A stretch of 64,000 nt of DNA. Origin: a bacterium (GTDB lineage Bacteria > UBP6 > UBA1177). Location: NCBI GenBank assembly GCA_017538365.1, contig JAFYIZ010000047.1, positions 10,197 to 74,196 on the forward strand, given 5' to 3'. Below are positions 41,414 to 50,416 of this stretch, piece after piece. The stretch's first letter is position 1. Each line of letters starts with the position of its first letter. Below the pieces are notes generated by a model. That model was given only the letters and a program-made list of their open reading frames with translations. It did no database searches and was not told where the DNA came from. The position numbers were made by a program, and so were the translations under genes.

Positions 41414-43522
41414 TTATTCTACACCGAGCATTTTAAGGAAGAAACCGATTTCCATTGCAGATTCTTTGATACGTGCCTGAGTCGATTTGCCCTGGCCATG
41501 GCCCGCTTTGGTCTCGACCCAGAGGAATATCGGATTGTTTGATTTGTTTTCGTACTGGAGTGCTGCAGCCATCTTCTTTGCGTGCATCGGGTGAACGCGG
41601 GAATCGTGTTCGCCTGCTGTGAGAAGGACTGCCGGGAATTTGCCGTCTTTTGCGATATTCTGATAAGGCGAATATTTGAGGATATATTCAAACTGCTCTT
41701 TGTCGTCGCTTGAGCCGTACTCGCTTACCCAGTATCTTCCGATGAGGAATTTGTGGAAACGGAGCATGTCAAGCAGAGGAACTGCGACTACTGCCGCTTT
41801 GAAAAGGTTGCCGAACTGCGTGACCATAGCGCCGGTGAGAAGTCCGCCGTTGCTGCCGCCCCAGATAGCGAGTTTTTCGGGGTTCGTGTATTTTTCATCG
41901 GCGAGATATTTCATCGCGTATGCGAAATCGTCGAAAGTATTCTGTTTTTTGTCGAGCATTCCCGCTCTGTGCCACTTTTCGCCGTATTCACCGCCGCCGC
42001 GGATGTTTGCTATCGCCATGATGCCGCCCGTTTCAATCCAGACTGCATTAACTGCCGAGAAATACATCGGGTAGTTTACGTTGAAACCGCCGTAACCGCG
42101 AAGGAAAGTGTGGTTCTTGCCGTTTTTCTGCAAACCTTTCTTGTAAATTATGAACATCGGGATTTTTGTGCCGTCTTTTGAGGTGTAGAAGACCTGCTCT
42201 GTCACGATATCGTCAGTTTTTACCGGAACTTTTGCCTGCCAGAGCTGTTTCATACCAGCTTCTTCGGTGTATTCGTAGATCGCCGGCGGGAAAGCGAACG
42301 AAGAGAACGCGACATATATTTCTTTGTTGACAGGATCTGAGATGAATTCCGCGCTTCCGAGAGCGGGAAGGGGAATCTCACGCTCGTTTTTGCCGTCAAG
42401 GTCGTAAATGCTGAGCTTGCTTGCGACATCGTGCATTTTTGAAGTTACTATTCTGCCGTTTGAAATTGAGAAAAATTCAATGACATCTTTCTCGTGCTCG
42501 GGAACAGCCGTCGTCCATTCGAGCGTTTCGCAGTTTATTTTCTCGATCTTCCAGTTGAGGGCACCGTCTTTGTCGGTTTTGAGGAAAGCGTATCCGCCGT
42601 AGACTTCGCCTTCGTAAATGTTGTCAAAGTTGTCAACGACTTTTTTTGTTTCTTTCGTTTTTGTGTTGTAGAGCGCGAGAGTCGCTTTTCCGCTTGAGCC
42701 CTGATATTCGGTGATAAGGAGCCAGAGTCCTTTTTCGTCGAGTGAACTGACGATGATTCCTTCTTTTATCGAGCTTTTCGCGATGATTTCGTCATTTTCG
42801 GCGTCAGTGCCGATTTTGTGGAAGCGGATGCTCTGTTCGGTGTCGATTTCTCCTGCGTGGTTGCCGTCGAGTTTCCTCGTGTAGTAGAAACCGCTCTCAT
42901 CTGGAAGCCAGCCGACTGAAGCATAGCGGCAGCCGTCGATCGGTTTGTCCGCTTCTGCGCCCGAATCGGTATCGAGAAGGTGAAGGACAGACTGTTCCGA
43001 GCCGTTTTCGCTGAGGCCGTAAGCAATGTATTTGCCGTTTGGAGAAGCGTACCACCAGTCCATTGCGGTCGTTCCGTTTTTATCAATCGTGTTCGGGTTG
43101 ATAAGTTCTTTTTTCGTTCCGTCGGCGAGTTGCATCATAAGAACAGGCTGGTTCTGCAGACCTGTCTGATAGCGGAAAAACAGCTTGTCTCCGCGTTTTA
43201 CCGGCGGCAGCATCTTGTCGTAATTCCACACTTCGCCGAGTCTTTTTTCTATTTTCGGAGTCTGTGCCCACGAAAAAATCGTCTTTTCGGTGAGCTCGTT
43301 CTGAGCCGCAGTCCACTTCTGAACATCCTCAGAATCGTTGTTTTCAAGATGACGGTAGTAGTCTTCGACTTTCGTGCCGAAATAGTCGTCGGTTACGAGT
43401 TCACGCTTTGTTTCGGGGTAGTTCCACACAGTTTTTTCCTCTTTTGCGGGTGCTTTCTCCTTTTTTGTGCAACCAGCTAAAATTGCCAGTAAAATCAATG
43501 CGATAAGTGAGATTTTTTTCAT
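41414..43522 (-). CDS. Prolyl oligopeptidase (S9A), lipoprotein
   Basis: Lipobox LAGC; GYGGF, RGGGEYG, GGSNGG nucleophile, DSRV, GHG. Confidence 0.95.
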   Translation of the reverse strand: MKKISLIALILLAILAGCTKKEKAPAKEEKTVWNYPETKRELVTDDYFGTKVEDYYRHLENNDSEDVQKWTAAQNELTEKTIFSWAQTPKIEKRLGEVWNYDKMLPPVKRGDKLFFRYQTGLQNQPVLMMQLADGTKKELINPNTIDKNGTTAMDWWYASPNGKYIAYGLSENGSEQSVLHLLDTDSGAEADKPIDGCRYASVGWLPDESGFYYTRKLDGNHAGEIDTEQSIRFHKIGTDAENDEIIAKSSIKEGIIVSSLDEKGLWLLITEYQGSSGKATLALYNTKTKETKKVVDNFDNIYEGEVYGGYAFLKTDKDGALNWKIEKINCETLEWTTAVPEHEKDVIEFFSISNGRIVTSKMHDVASKLSIYDLDGKNEREIPLPALGSAEFISDPVNKEIYVAFSSFAFPPAIYEYTEEAGMKQLWQAKVPVKTDDIVTEQVFYTSKDGTKIPMFIIYKKGLQKNGKNHTFLRGYGGFNVNYPMYFSAVNAVWIETGGIMAIANIRGGGEYGEKWHRAGMLDKKQNTFDDFAYAMKYLADEKYTNPEKLAIWGGSNGGLLTGAMVTQFGNLFKAAVVAVPLLDMLRFHKFLIGRYWVSEYGSSDDKEQFEYILKYSPYQNIAKDGKFPAVLLTAGEHDSRVHPMHAKKMAAALQYENKSNNPIFLWVETKAGHGQGKSTQARIKESAMEIGFFLKMLGVE

Positions 43523-43539
43523 GATTCCTCCTTAGAAAA

Positions 43540-43590
43540 CCTCACCCCTTTTATTTTCCTCTCCACTGTGGAGAGGGGGTAGAGATGAGG
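43540..43590. repeat. Short palindromic repeat (copy 2) upstream of the prolyl oligopeptidase gene
   Basis: CCTCACCCC...CCTCTCCAC-T-GTGGAGAGGGGG...GATGAGG; core matches 25983-26000 at 17 of 18 nt. Confidence 0.6.
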
Positions 43591-43683
43591 TCAAAATCGC
43601 GGAATTGTATTGGGAAAATTGAAAAGTGCAAAATTTTAGGAGTGTGTAAAAAAATCAGTTTTTATAAAGAAATTTGAGATTAA

Positions 43684-45345
43684 TTATTCGGGATCGCAGG
43701 GAGGGAATGTAGTGGAAATATCATCCATATCGTAATCAAGAGTTGCCTTGGGGCTGTAAAGTTCAGCTTCGCCTGAAACGGTGATTGTCGTTGCCGCGTT
43801 CGGAGTCCAGTCGCTGCTCATTGCCGAAATATTGACAGTACCCATTCCGAAAGCGTGGTAGCAGACTCTGTTGCCGTCATTGTCGTATTCGCTGACGAAA
43901 ATTCTTGCGCCTGTTTCCCATTCGCCGAGCCACAAGTTAAATTCTCCAGGTGCTGTGGCTGTTGTTACAAATTCGACAACAGGATTTTGTCTTGTATTGT
44001 CTTTGTATTTTGATTGAACAAGCAGGACGTTGTCATCACCGGTATCTTCGAATACTCCTATTGTTGCGTAGGATATGGTTGTGACACCCGTACTCGAATC
44101 AACGATATTCGTGTTGTTGTTTCCGAATGTTCCGGTTACAAAAGGCCCATTCAATATGTGGTCGTTGGAGAGCGATGTCGCATCTTTTCCATGGAGATAG
44201 TTGAAGGTGCCGTTGATCTGTACATGACCGTAAGGCATTTTGTAATTGGGATCAGGATTCATTCCGCAGGTCTTCATCTCTTCCTGACATTTTTCCCAGT
44301 AGCAGTAAATATCTCCTTCACAGTTGTTTTGATTGCCGCATTCAAATATCTCTTCATACTGTGTTTTTGCAACGGCGGAGCTGTTAATGTAACAGTTGCC
44401 TGTACAGTTGGAGTCGTCGTTACATTCTTGTATGCAGTTCATAATATTTTTGCAAGTCTCGTTGTCAGTTTCGTTTTTAGCGGTTACTGTTTTGGATACG
44501 ATCCTGATGCATGCTCCGTTTTCTACAGGTGTCGAGTTGTAGTTCTCATCTAACCTCGTTTCAACGAGTTTTGCCGAAATTGTCGCTTTAAGTCCGTAGT
44601 TGGATGAATTGTAATTGCTGACTTTGATTGTTCCGCTTTCCTGGAAATAATATTTCGGGTCTGCGTTTTCGTAGTCTTGTGATAAGATCAGACAATCTTT
44701 ACAGTTTGCATAGTTGCTGTTTTCTTCCGAAGAAAGGTCATATTCTATGTTCTCGATGTTGTTTCGGCGAAATTCAATGAATAACAAATCATAAAGCGAC
44801 GCATCGCCCAAAGCGGTGGTTACCTGTCCGACGTAAAAACCTTTCTTATGAACGTAAAAGTTGGGATTAAGCTTAATTATTGTGCATCCTTCCGGATCAA
44901 CAGTGTCTGTGTCTGAGTCATCATCATCATCGCTTTGTGAATCGCTTGAATCGTCGGTGGAATCAGATGAATCGGCATCGTCATCATTCTGCGAATCAGT
45001 CGAATCGGAAGTGTCCGTTGAATCGCTTGAATCGTCGGCGGAATCAGATGAATCGGCATCGTCATCATTCTGCGAATCAGTCGAATCGGAAGTGTCCGTT
45101 GAATCTGTTGAATCAGCCGTATCAGTTGAGTCTGAGGTGTCAGTCGAGTCTGAAGTGTCGGTTGAATCAGGGTTTTCAGTGTCTGTTTTGTCTGTGTCAG
45201 GATTGTCAGTGTCTGTTTTGTCTGTGTCTGTTTTGTCAGTGTCGGTGGTGTCAGTGTCAGGCAGGTCGATTTTGCCGTTTGCATCATCGCAGCCTGCGAA
45301 AATGAAAAGTGCAAAAATTACAAAAATCAACGAAAGTTTTTTCAT
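43684..45345 (-). CDS. Lipoprotein with long D/T/S linker and Cys-rich modules
   Basis: Lipobox FAGC; ~120-aa acidic linker; CKNIMNCIQEC module. Confidence 0.8.
   Translation of the reverse strand: MKKLSLIFVIFALFIFAGCDDANGKIDLPDTDTTDTDKTDTDKTDTDNPDTDKTDTENPDSTDTSDSTDTSDSTDTADSTDSTDTSDSTDSQNDDDADSSDSADDSSDSTDTSDSTDSQNDDDADSSDSTDDSSDSQSDDDDDSDTDTVDPEGCTIIKLNPNFYVHKKGFYVGQVTTALGDASLYDLLFIEFRRNNIENIEYDLSSEENSNYANCKDCLILSQDYENADPKYYFQESGTIKVSNYNSSNYGLKATISAKLVETRLDENYNSTPVENGACIRIVSKTVTAKNETDNETCKNIMNCIQECNDDSNCTGNCYINSSAVAKTQYEEIFECGNQNNCEGDIYCYWEKCQEEMKTCGMNPDPNYKMPYGHVQINGTFNYLHGKDATSLSNDHILNGPFVTGTFGNNNTNIVDSSTGVTTISYATIGVFEDTGDDNVLLVQSKYKDNTRQNPVVEFVTTATAPGEFNLWLGEWETGARIFVSEYDNDGNRVCYHAFGMGTVNISAMSSDWTPNAATTITVSGEAELYSPKATLDYDMDDISTTFPPCDPE
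44938..45105. repeat. 81-bp intragenic tandem duplication (2 copies, 1 mismatch)
   Basis: Units start at 44938 and 45019; encodes the 27-aa D/S/T unit ...DSQNDDDADSSDS(A/T)DDSS... Confidence 0.9.
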
Positions 45346-45490
45346 AACTATACCTCAAATAAATTAGCAAAAAACAAATAATTTTAGTGAAAAATCGGAA
45401 AAAAGCAACCCGTTTGTTGCAAAAGGCCTGTTTTTTGACATTTTTCATCGAGAGTTTATAAATAACGGTTTTAATTTTTTGACAGAGGAG

Positions 45491-46501
45491 ATGAAGATGA
45501 AAAAATTGCTTGACACCGTTTTATTGCTGGCTCTTCCCGCTTCGGGAAAGTCGGAAGTCCGCAGATTTATGGAACATCTTACCAAAAAACAGTGCGAAAA
45601 CGACATGCACATGGGCGAGACGCTTCAGCTTGACGATTATCCTTACGTTCACTTCATGCACAGAATCGACGACGAGCTCAGTAAGCTCGGCTGGCACTAT
45701 ATTTTCTACAAAGGTGCAACCCGTCCTTTCAAAGATCCGATGGAGTGGTCGACTCTGATCGAACTTCTCAACGAAGATTACGAAGACCTTGTAAATTCCA
45801 ATATCATCAATGTTCCGTCAGCCGCTCAGTGGCTTTTTGAGAGAATGGATAACATTCGCGAAAAGCTCGATCTGGGGCGTGAATTCGGAAAAATTCCTTG
45901 GGATATAAGAATCGCGGCAGGAAAGGCGATAGAAGCAGAAGTTGCTGAATTCCTTAAAGAAAAGAATGCAACGGCTGCAGCTGACAAAAAGAATAAAACT
46001 ATCGTCATCGAGCTTGCACGCGGCGGTGCAAACGGCGCAAAAATGCCTCTTACTCCTCCGCAGGGATACGCATCAGCTTTTGAGATGTTCTCAGAGCACA
46101 TCCTCAACAGAGCTTCGATACTTTACGTCTGGGTAACGCCCGAAGAGAGCAGAAGAAAGAACTACGAACGCGCGAAACCGAACGGCGAAAGCTCGATACT
46201 CAACCACGGCGTTCCGCTTGAAGTTATGCTCGGCGAATACGGCTGCGACGATATGGCTTACCTCATCGAAACGAGTGACAAGCCCAACACCGTCAAAGTT
46301 GAGCGCACCGTCACTGTCAAAAAGAAAGGAAAAGATGTTTTTGCGACCAAAAAATGGAATATCCCCGTTGCAAGGTTCGACAACCGCGAAGACCTCACGA
46401 CTTTCATCCGCAAAGACCCGAAAGAGTGGGGCAAGGAAGAGTACAAAAAGATGTACAAAGGTCTTTCCGACGCAATGAAAACTCTCGCAGAACTCTCGTA
46501 A
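45491..46501 (+). CDS. Hypothetical P-loop NTPase/kinase-like protein
   Basis: N-terminal strand followed by Walker-A-like ALPASGKS; start 45491 or 45497. Confidence 0.65.
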   Translation: MKMKKLLDTVLLLALPASGKSEVRRFMEHLTKKQCENDMHMGETLQLDDYPYVHFMHRIDDELSKLGWHYIFYKGATRPFKDPMEWSTLIELLNEDYEDLVNSNIINVPSAAQWLFERMDNIREKLDLGREFGKIPWDIRIAAGKAIEAEVAEFLKEKNATAAADKKNKTIVIELARGGANGAKMPLTPPQGYASAFEMFSEHILNRASILYVWVTPEESRRKNYERAKPNGESSILNHGVPLEVMLGEYGCDDMAYLIETSDKPNTVKVERTVTVKKKGKDVFATKKWNIPVARFDNREDLTTFIRKDPKEWGKEEYKKMYKGLSDAMKTLAELS

Positions 46502-46538
46502 ATTTTAATAATTTCAATGTCTTAACTTTTTAAAAATC

Positions 46539-47408
46539 ATGCTTTACTTCATTTTAACTCTGCTTATTTTCGCTTCACTTGAAGTTGTCTCCAAACCGCT
46601 CATGCCATACATCGACCCGTTCGCACTCACTTTCTGGCGGTTTTTCATGGGGTTCGTCTTTTTCCTGCTTTATCCCGGCATGAAAAAACGCTTCGCCGAG
46701 ATCAAAAAGTTCTCGAAAAGCGACTGGCTTTTCCTTTTTCTGCTGGGATTTCTGAACGCCTTCGTTTCGATGAGCCTGCTTCAGCTCGCAGTCAGGGAGA
46801 GCACACCGGCAACGGCGGCGGCGATTTTTTGTTCTAACCCGCTTTTCGTCATGATAATCTCTTCGATCGCAGGTTTTGAGAAAATCAGCGCGAGAAAAAT
46901 CATCGGACTTTTAATCGGTGTAGCGGCGATTTTCGTGATCATGTGGGAAAAAGGCTTCAAGCTGAACTACGGCGCTATTTATGCCGTCTCTGCGGCTGTG
47001 ATTTTTGCCGGATTTACGGTCCTCAGCAAGAAAACAGTCTCGAAGATCAAGCCGTTTTCAGTAAATCTGGTGTCGTTTTTCTTCGGAATAGTTTCGCTTG
47101 CGGTTTTCATGCTTGCAACGAATAAAAGTTTTGCCCTTAATCCGATTTTCTTCAAAGATTACGCTAAGCTGATAGCGTTCATCTATCTCGGTTTCATCGT
47201 CACCGGCCTTGGTTACGTCACATTTTTGGCGACGATCAAGAAATATTCACCCGTAAGTTCGTCGCTTATTTTCATGCTGAAACCGGCAGTCGCGACTGTT
47301 TTTGCGGTCATTTTCCTCGGTGAAAAACTTTCGGCGTATTTTATCGCCGGATTCGTAATGTTACTTCTCGGAACAGGTGCTATAGTTTCTGAAAAAATCT
47401 GGAAATAA
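46539..47408 (+). CDS. DMT/EamA family transporter
   Basis: About 10 TM segments in two repeats; TFWRF, NPLF, KPAVATVFAVIFLGEKL. Confidence 0.9.
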   Translation: MLYFILTLLIFASLEVVSKPLMPYIDPFALTFWRFFMGFVFFLLYPGMKKRFAEIKKFSKSDWLFLFLLGFLNAFVSMSLLQLAVRESTPATAAAIFCSNPLFVMIISSIAGFEKISARKIIGLLIGVAAIFVIMWEKGFKLNYGAIYAVSAAVIFAGFTVLSKKTVSKIKPFSVNLVSFFFGIVSLAVFMLATNKSFALNPIFFKDYAKLIAFIYLGFIVTGLGYVTFLATIKKYSPVSSSLIFMLKPAVATVFAVIFLGEKLSAYFIAGFVMLLLGTGAIVSEKIWK

Positions 47409-47561
47409 AGCCGCCCACATCGGTTTATGATTGTCGGAGAGCACGCGGCTCGCCCGCAGGTTGTTCTATTCCTGAAATAAAAGCTTGTCTTTATCGTCAT
47501 GCTGTCTACAATACTGCGTTTTTTGTTTAAAAACTAACTTGTTTTGATGCTGGAGGAAAAA

Positions 47562-48101
47562 ATGAAGAAATTTTTTGTATGTTTTGCTGTTTTTGCAGCT
47601 TTGATTTTTGTCATCGGCTGCGGCGGCGATACGGACGATGCTCAGTTTCCGGAATGCAGCGCATCGTCAGGCACACCGTGCAAAGATTCATCAAGCGGAC
47701 TCATCTGGTCGGCAAGGTCGTCAAGCAGCTATACTTGGAGCAACGCAGTTTCGTATTGTGACAATCTGACGGAAGGCGGCTATTCGGACTGGCATTTACC
47801 GAATATAAACGAGTTAAGGACGCTTATCAAAAACTGTGCCGGTTCCCAGACAGGCGGTTCATGTGCTGTTCAGGATCCGAGTTGTCTTTCTTCATCCTGC
47901 TATAGCAGCAGTTGTTATTGCAGTTATATGGAAAACAACGGCGGATATTACAGCAAACTTGGAGATGACGACACTGTTTATCTTTGGTCTTCCTCTCCTC
48001 GGTCAGATGATACAGGTGACGCATGGATCGTGATTTTCTACTACGGATACGTGAGCTACTACTATAAGGCTGACTACAGCAATGTCCGTTGTGTGAGGTA
48101 G
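47562..48101 (+). CDS. Small DUF1566 (CLec-fold) lipoprotein, candidate DGR target
   Basis: Lipobox VIGC; DSSSGLIWS, WSNAVSYC, WHLPNINELRTL, WSSS...AW...VRCVR. Confidence 0.9.
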   Translation: MKKFFVCFAVFAALIFVIGCGGDTDDAQFPECSASSGTPCKDSSSGLIWSARSSSSYTWSNAVSYCDNLTEGGYSDWHLPNINELRTLIKNCAGSQTGGSCAVQDPSCLSSSCYSSSCYCSYMENNGGYYSKLGDDDTVYLWSSSPRSDDTGDAWIVIFYYGYVSYYYKADYSNVRCVR

Positions 48102-48133
48102 GCCTTGCAGACCGCATTTTGCGCATTTCCTAT

Positions 48134-48158
48134 GTAGAGACGTGACCTGACACGTCTC
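48134..48158 (+). repeat. GTAG-type REP, left copy
   Basis: GTAGAGACGTGACCTGACACGTCTC (GTAG tag, 8-bp stem). Confidence 0.9.
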
Positions 48159-48279
48159 AATAAACGTCTCAAAAAACGTTCCTCTCAATCAATCTAATAA
48201 AATAAATCTAATTTTGACGTTGATTTAATTGAAAATTAAATTAAAATATTCCGATTTTAACGTTGCGCGGTAATGTGTA

Positions 48280-48876
48280 ATGTTTACAATGGATTGTGAT
48301 AAATTCAAAAACAAATACCGCATAGATTCGGCACGGGCAAAATGGCACGATTACGACGACGGTTTTTATTTTGTGACCATTTGCACAAAAAATCGGGAAT
48401 ATTTTTTCGGAACAATTCAAAACCGTGAAATGATTTTGTCCCCGATAGGAGAATATGCAAAACAACAGTTGCAGACAATCAACGAACATTATTTATATGC
48501 CGAAATCATGTTATGGACGATAATGCCCAATCATATTCACCTTATTCTGTCTATTGACAGCAGCAAGATACCGCACAAAAAACGGGATATTCCTGTTGTA
48601 GGAAATGATAACATCCAGAAAATAGGAGACGTGTCAGGTCACGTCTCTACACCCATTGAATGTGCGGTGCAAGGACAATCGTGGTTATCCAACGTGATAT
48701 GCCAGTTCAAACAGTCAATAAAACGGTTTGCAAACCAGCATGAAATTGAATTTGCATGGCAAACCCGTTTCCACGATCACATCATCAGAAATCAGAAAGA
48801 AATGGATCTTATCACAGAATATATAGAGAACAACGTGAGAAAATGGGAAGAAGATTGTTTTTACATAAATTTGTAA
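48280..48876 (+). mobile_element. REP-associated tyrosine transposase (RAYT, Y1/HUH family) gene
   Basis: YFVTICT, HUH motif IMPNHIH, WQTRFHDHIIR...EYIENN; flanked by inverted REPs. Confidence 0.9.
48626..48650 (-). repeat. GTAG-type REP, internal copy within the RAYT coding sequence
   Basis: Exact reverse complement of 48134-48158. Confidence 0.9.
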
Positions 48877-48899
48877 GACGTGTCAGGTCACGTCTCTAC
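48876..48899 (-). repeat. GTAG-type REP, right copy overlapping the RAYT stop codon
   Basis: AGACGTGTCAGGTCACGTCTCTAC, 24-nt exact match. Confidence 0.9.
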
Positions 48900-48914
48900 T
48901 TGGAAATAGTCGGT

Positions 48915-50268
48915 TTATTCGCCTCTGCGGACGCAGCGGACATAATCGGAATTCGTTTTTGCGTAAGGATTTACGATGCTTTCGCTGAATATGACATACC
49001 ATGCACTTTTAGCGTTTTTGGCGTCACTTGTGGAAGTTCTGAATGTCCAGTTCGGCATTTCGGGAAAATCAGATGCAGGTTTGTATTTGCCGTAGTTTGC
49101 GATCGAGGCGAGCTCGTTTTTGTTGGGAAGTCTCCAGTCAGAAAATCCGGCGTATTCAAGTTTTTCGCAGGTGGAAAGCGCATCTGCGAATTTTTTAACG
49201 CTGTCTTTGTATGTTTTCTGCCACATGAGACCTGTGACTGAATCTTTGACTATCTCGTCTTCACCGATTTTTTCGGTTTCAAACTGACCGTCGGGAAGAG
49301 TCGTGCCGCGGACACAGCGGACATGCATCTTTTCGCTTTCGGTCTTGGCTTTGTGGCTTAAGAAACCTTTGTCGAAGCGGACGAACCACTTTTTATCCTT
49401 GTCAGCTTCATCAGTTGAGACGAAATCGGCCGAAGTCCAGAACCATTCGTCGTTCGTGCCGGGAAAAATATCTGTGTTTATCGCGGGATCGTATCTGCCG
49501 TTATCAATGATCGAAAGGAGTTCCTTCGGTGTCGGAAGGCGCCAGCCGTAACTTCCCGCATATTCTTTTTCGCAGTGATTCGCGGCGCTCTGCCAGTCAA
49601 AACTGCCTTCGGGAATTTTCTGCTGCCACTCAAGTTTGAGGTTTTCGTCAAAAACGATCTTTTCGTCACCTGTTCCTTTGACTGTGAATTTCTGCGGAAT
49701 GCATTTGCCGGCTTTGGCATATTGCGCGTCCTGACCGTAAAAAGCTTCATCCTCTTCAGGGCATTCGATCTCGGCTGTTTCGTTATAACATTTGTTCTGT
49801 CCTGTGCAGATGTTGCCGAAAACGACAGGAATGTCGGGACTTGTGACTGCGGGGTCGTCATTGGGTTCGGCAGTTGTGTCTGAATCATCAGTTTTTTCTA
49901 TGACACAAGTGTAGTGTTCGCAGACAAGACCTTCATCGCAGGTGTTGTCAGGGTAACACGGACCGGCTAGTTCGCCTGGCTGGATATCGCTGCCATAGTC
50001 AAAATCATCATCTGAATCGGTATCGGCATCGTTTTCTGATGTATCGATATCTGATATAACGATATCGTCTGAATCGTCCTGTTCCGGCGCGGTGTCAGTT
50101 TTTTCGTCATCGCTCCCGGTCGCATCAGGCTGCGTGTCGGTGCTGTTGTCAGTGTCCTGCGATGTGTTGCTGTCGGTGTCAGTCAGTTCTTCCTCATCAT
50201 CGGTCAGAGCAGGAAAAAGCGAGAAAAGCCGATAAGATCAGAATGAAAAACAGATAAGATTTTTTCAT
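48915..50268 (-). pseudogene. Frameshifted lipoprotein with two DUF1566 domains
   Basis: ATG 50268 (GGAGG RBS) gives MKKSYLFFILILSAFLAFSCSDR-stop; a shifted frame is open from ~50200 to 48915 (acidic linker, GELAGPCYPDNTCDEGLVC, FYGQDAQY, WRLPTPKEL, WRLPNKNEL, VRCVR); span is 3n+1. Confidence 0.8.
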
Positions 50269-50416
50269 AAGTTGCCTCCAAAAACAAAAACTCTCTCCGA
50301 TTTCGGGCTTATAATGAAAGAAATTCCGAAAATCAAAGAAAAGTAGGCGGATTTTTGCGACAATTTCAAAAATTACTATAATGCCTCGTTTTTGTGTTTA
50401 TCGAAGAGGTAAAACT

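Noticed and set aside
47409-47460. GC-rich degenerate hairpin after the EamA gene
   Set aside because: Single copy with poor pairing; cannot be distinguished from a decayed REP or terminator
48915-49040. DGR variable region in the frameshifted DUF1566 gene
   Set aside because: Several putative variable codons end in purines (ATA, GAA, GCA, AAA), so the adenine-mutagenesis signature is weak
48915-49328. Stand-alone 137-aa DUF1566 gene as given by the ORF track
   Set aside because: The frame extends ~870 nt upstream without a stop; it is the tail of the frameshifted gene starting at 50268
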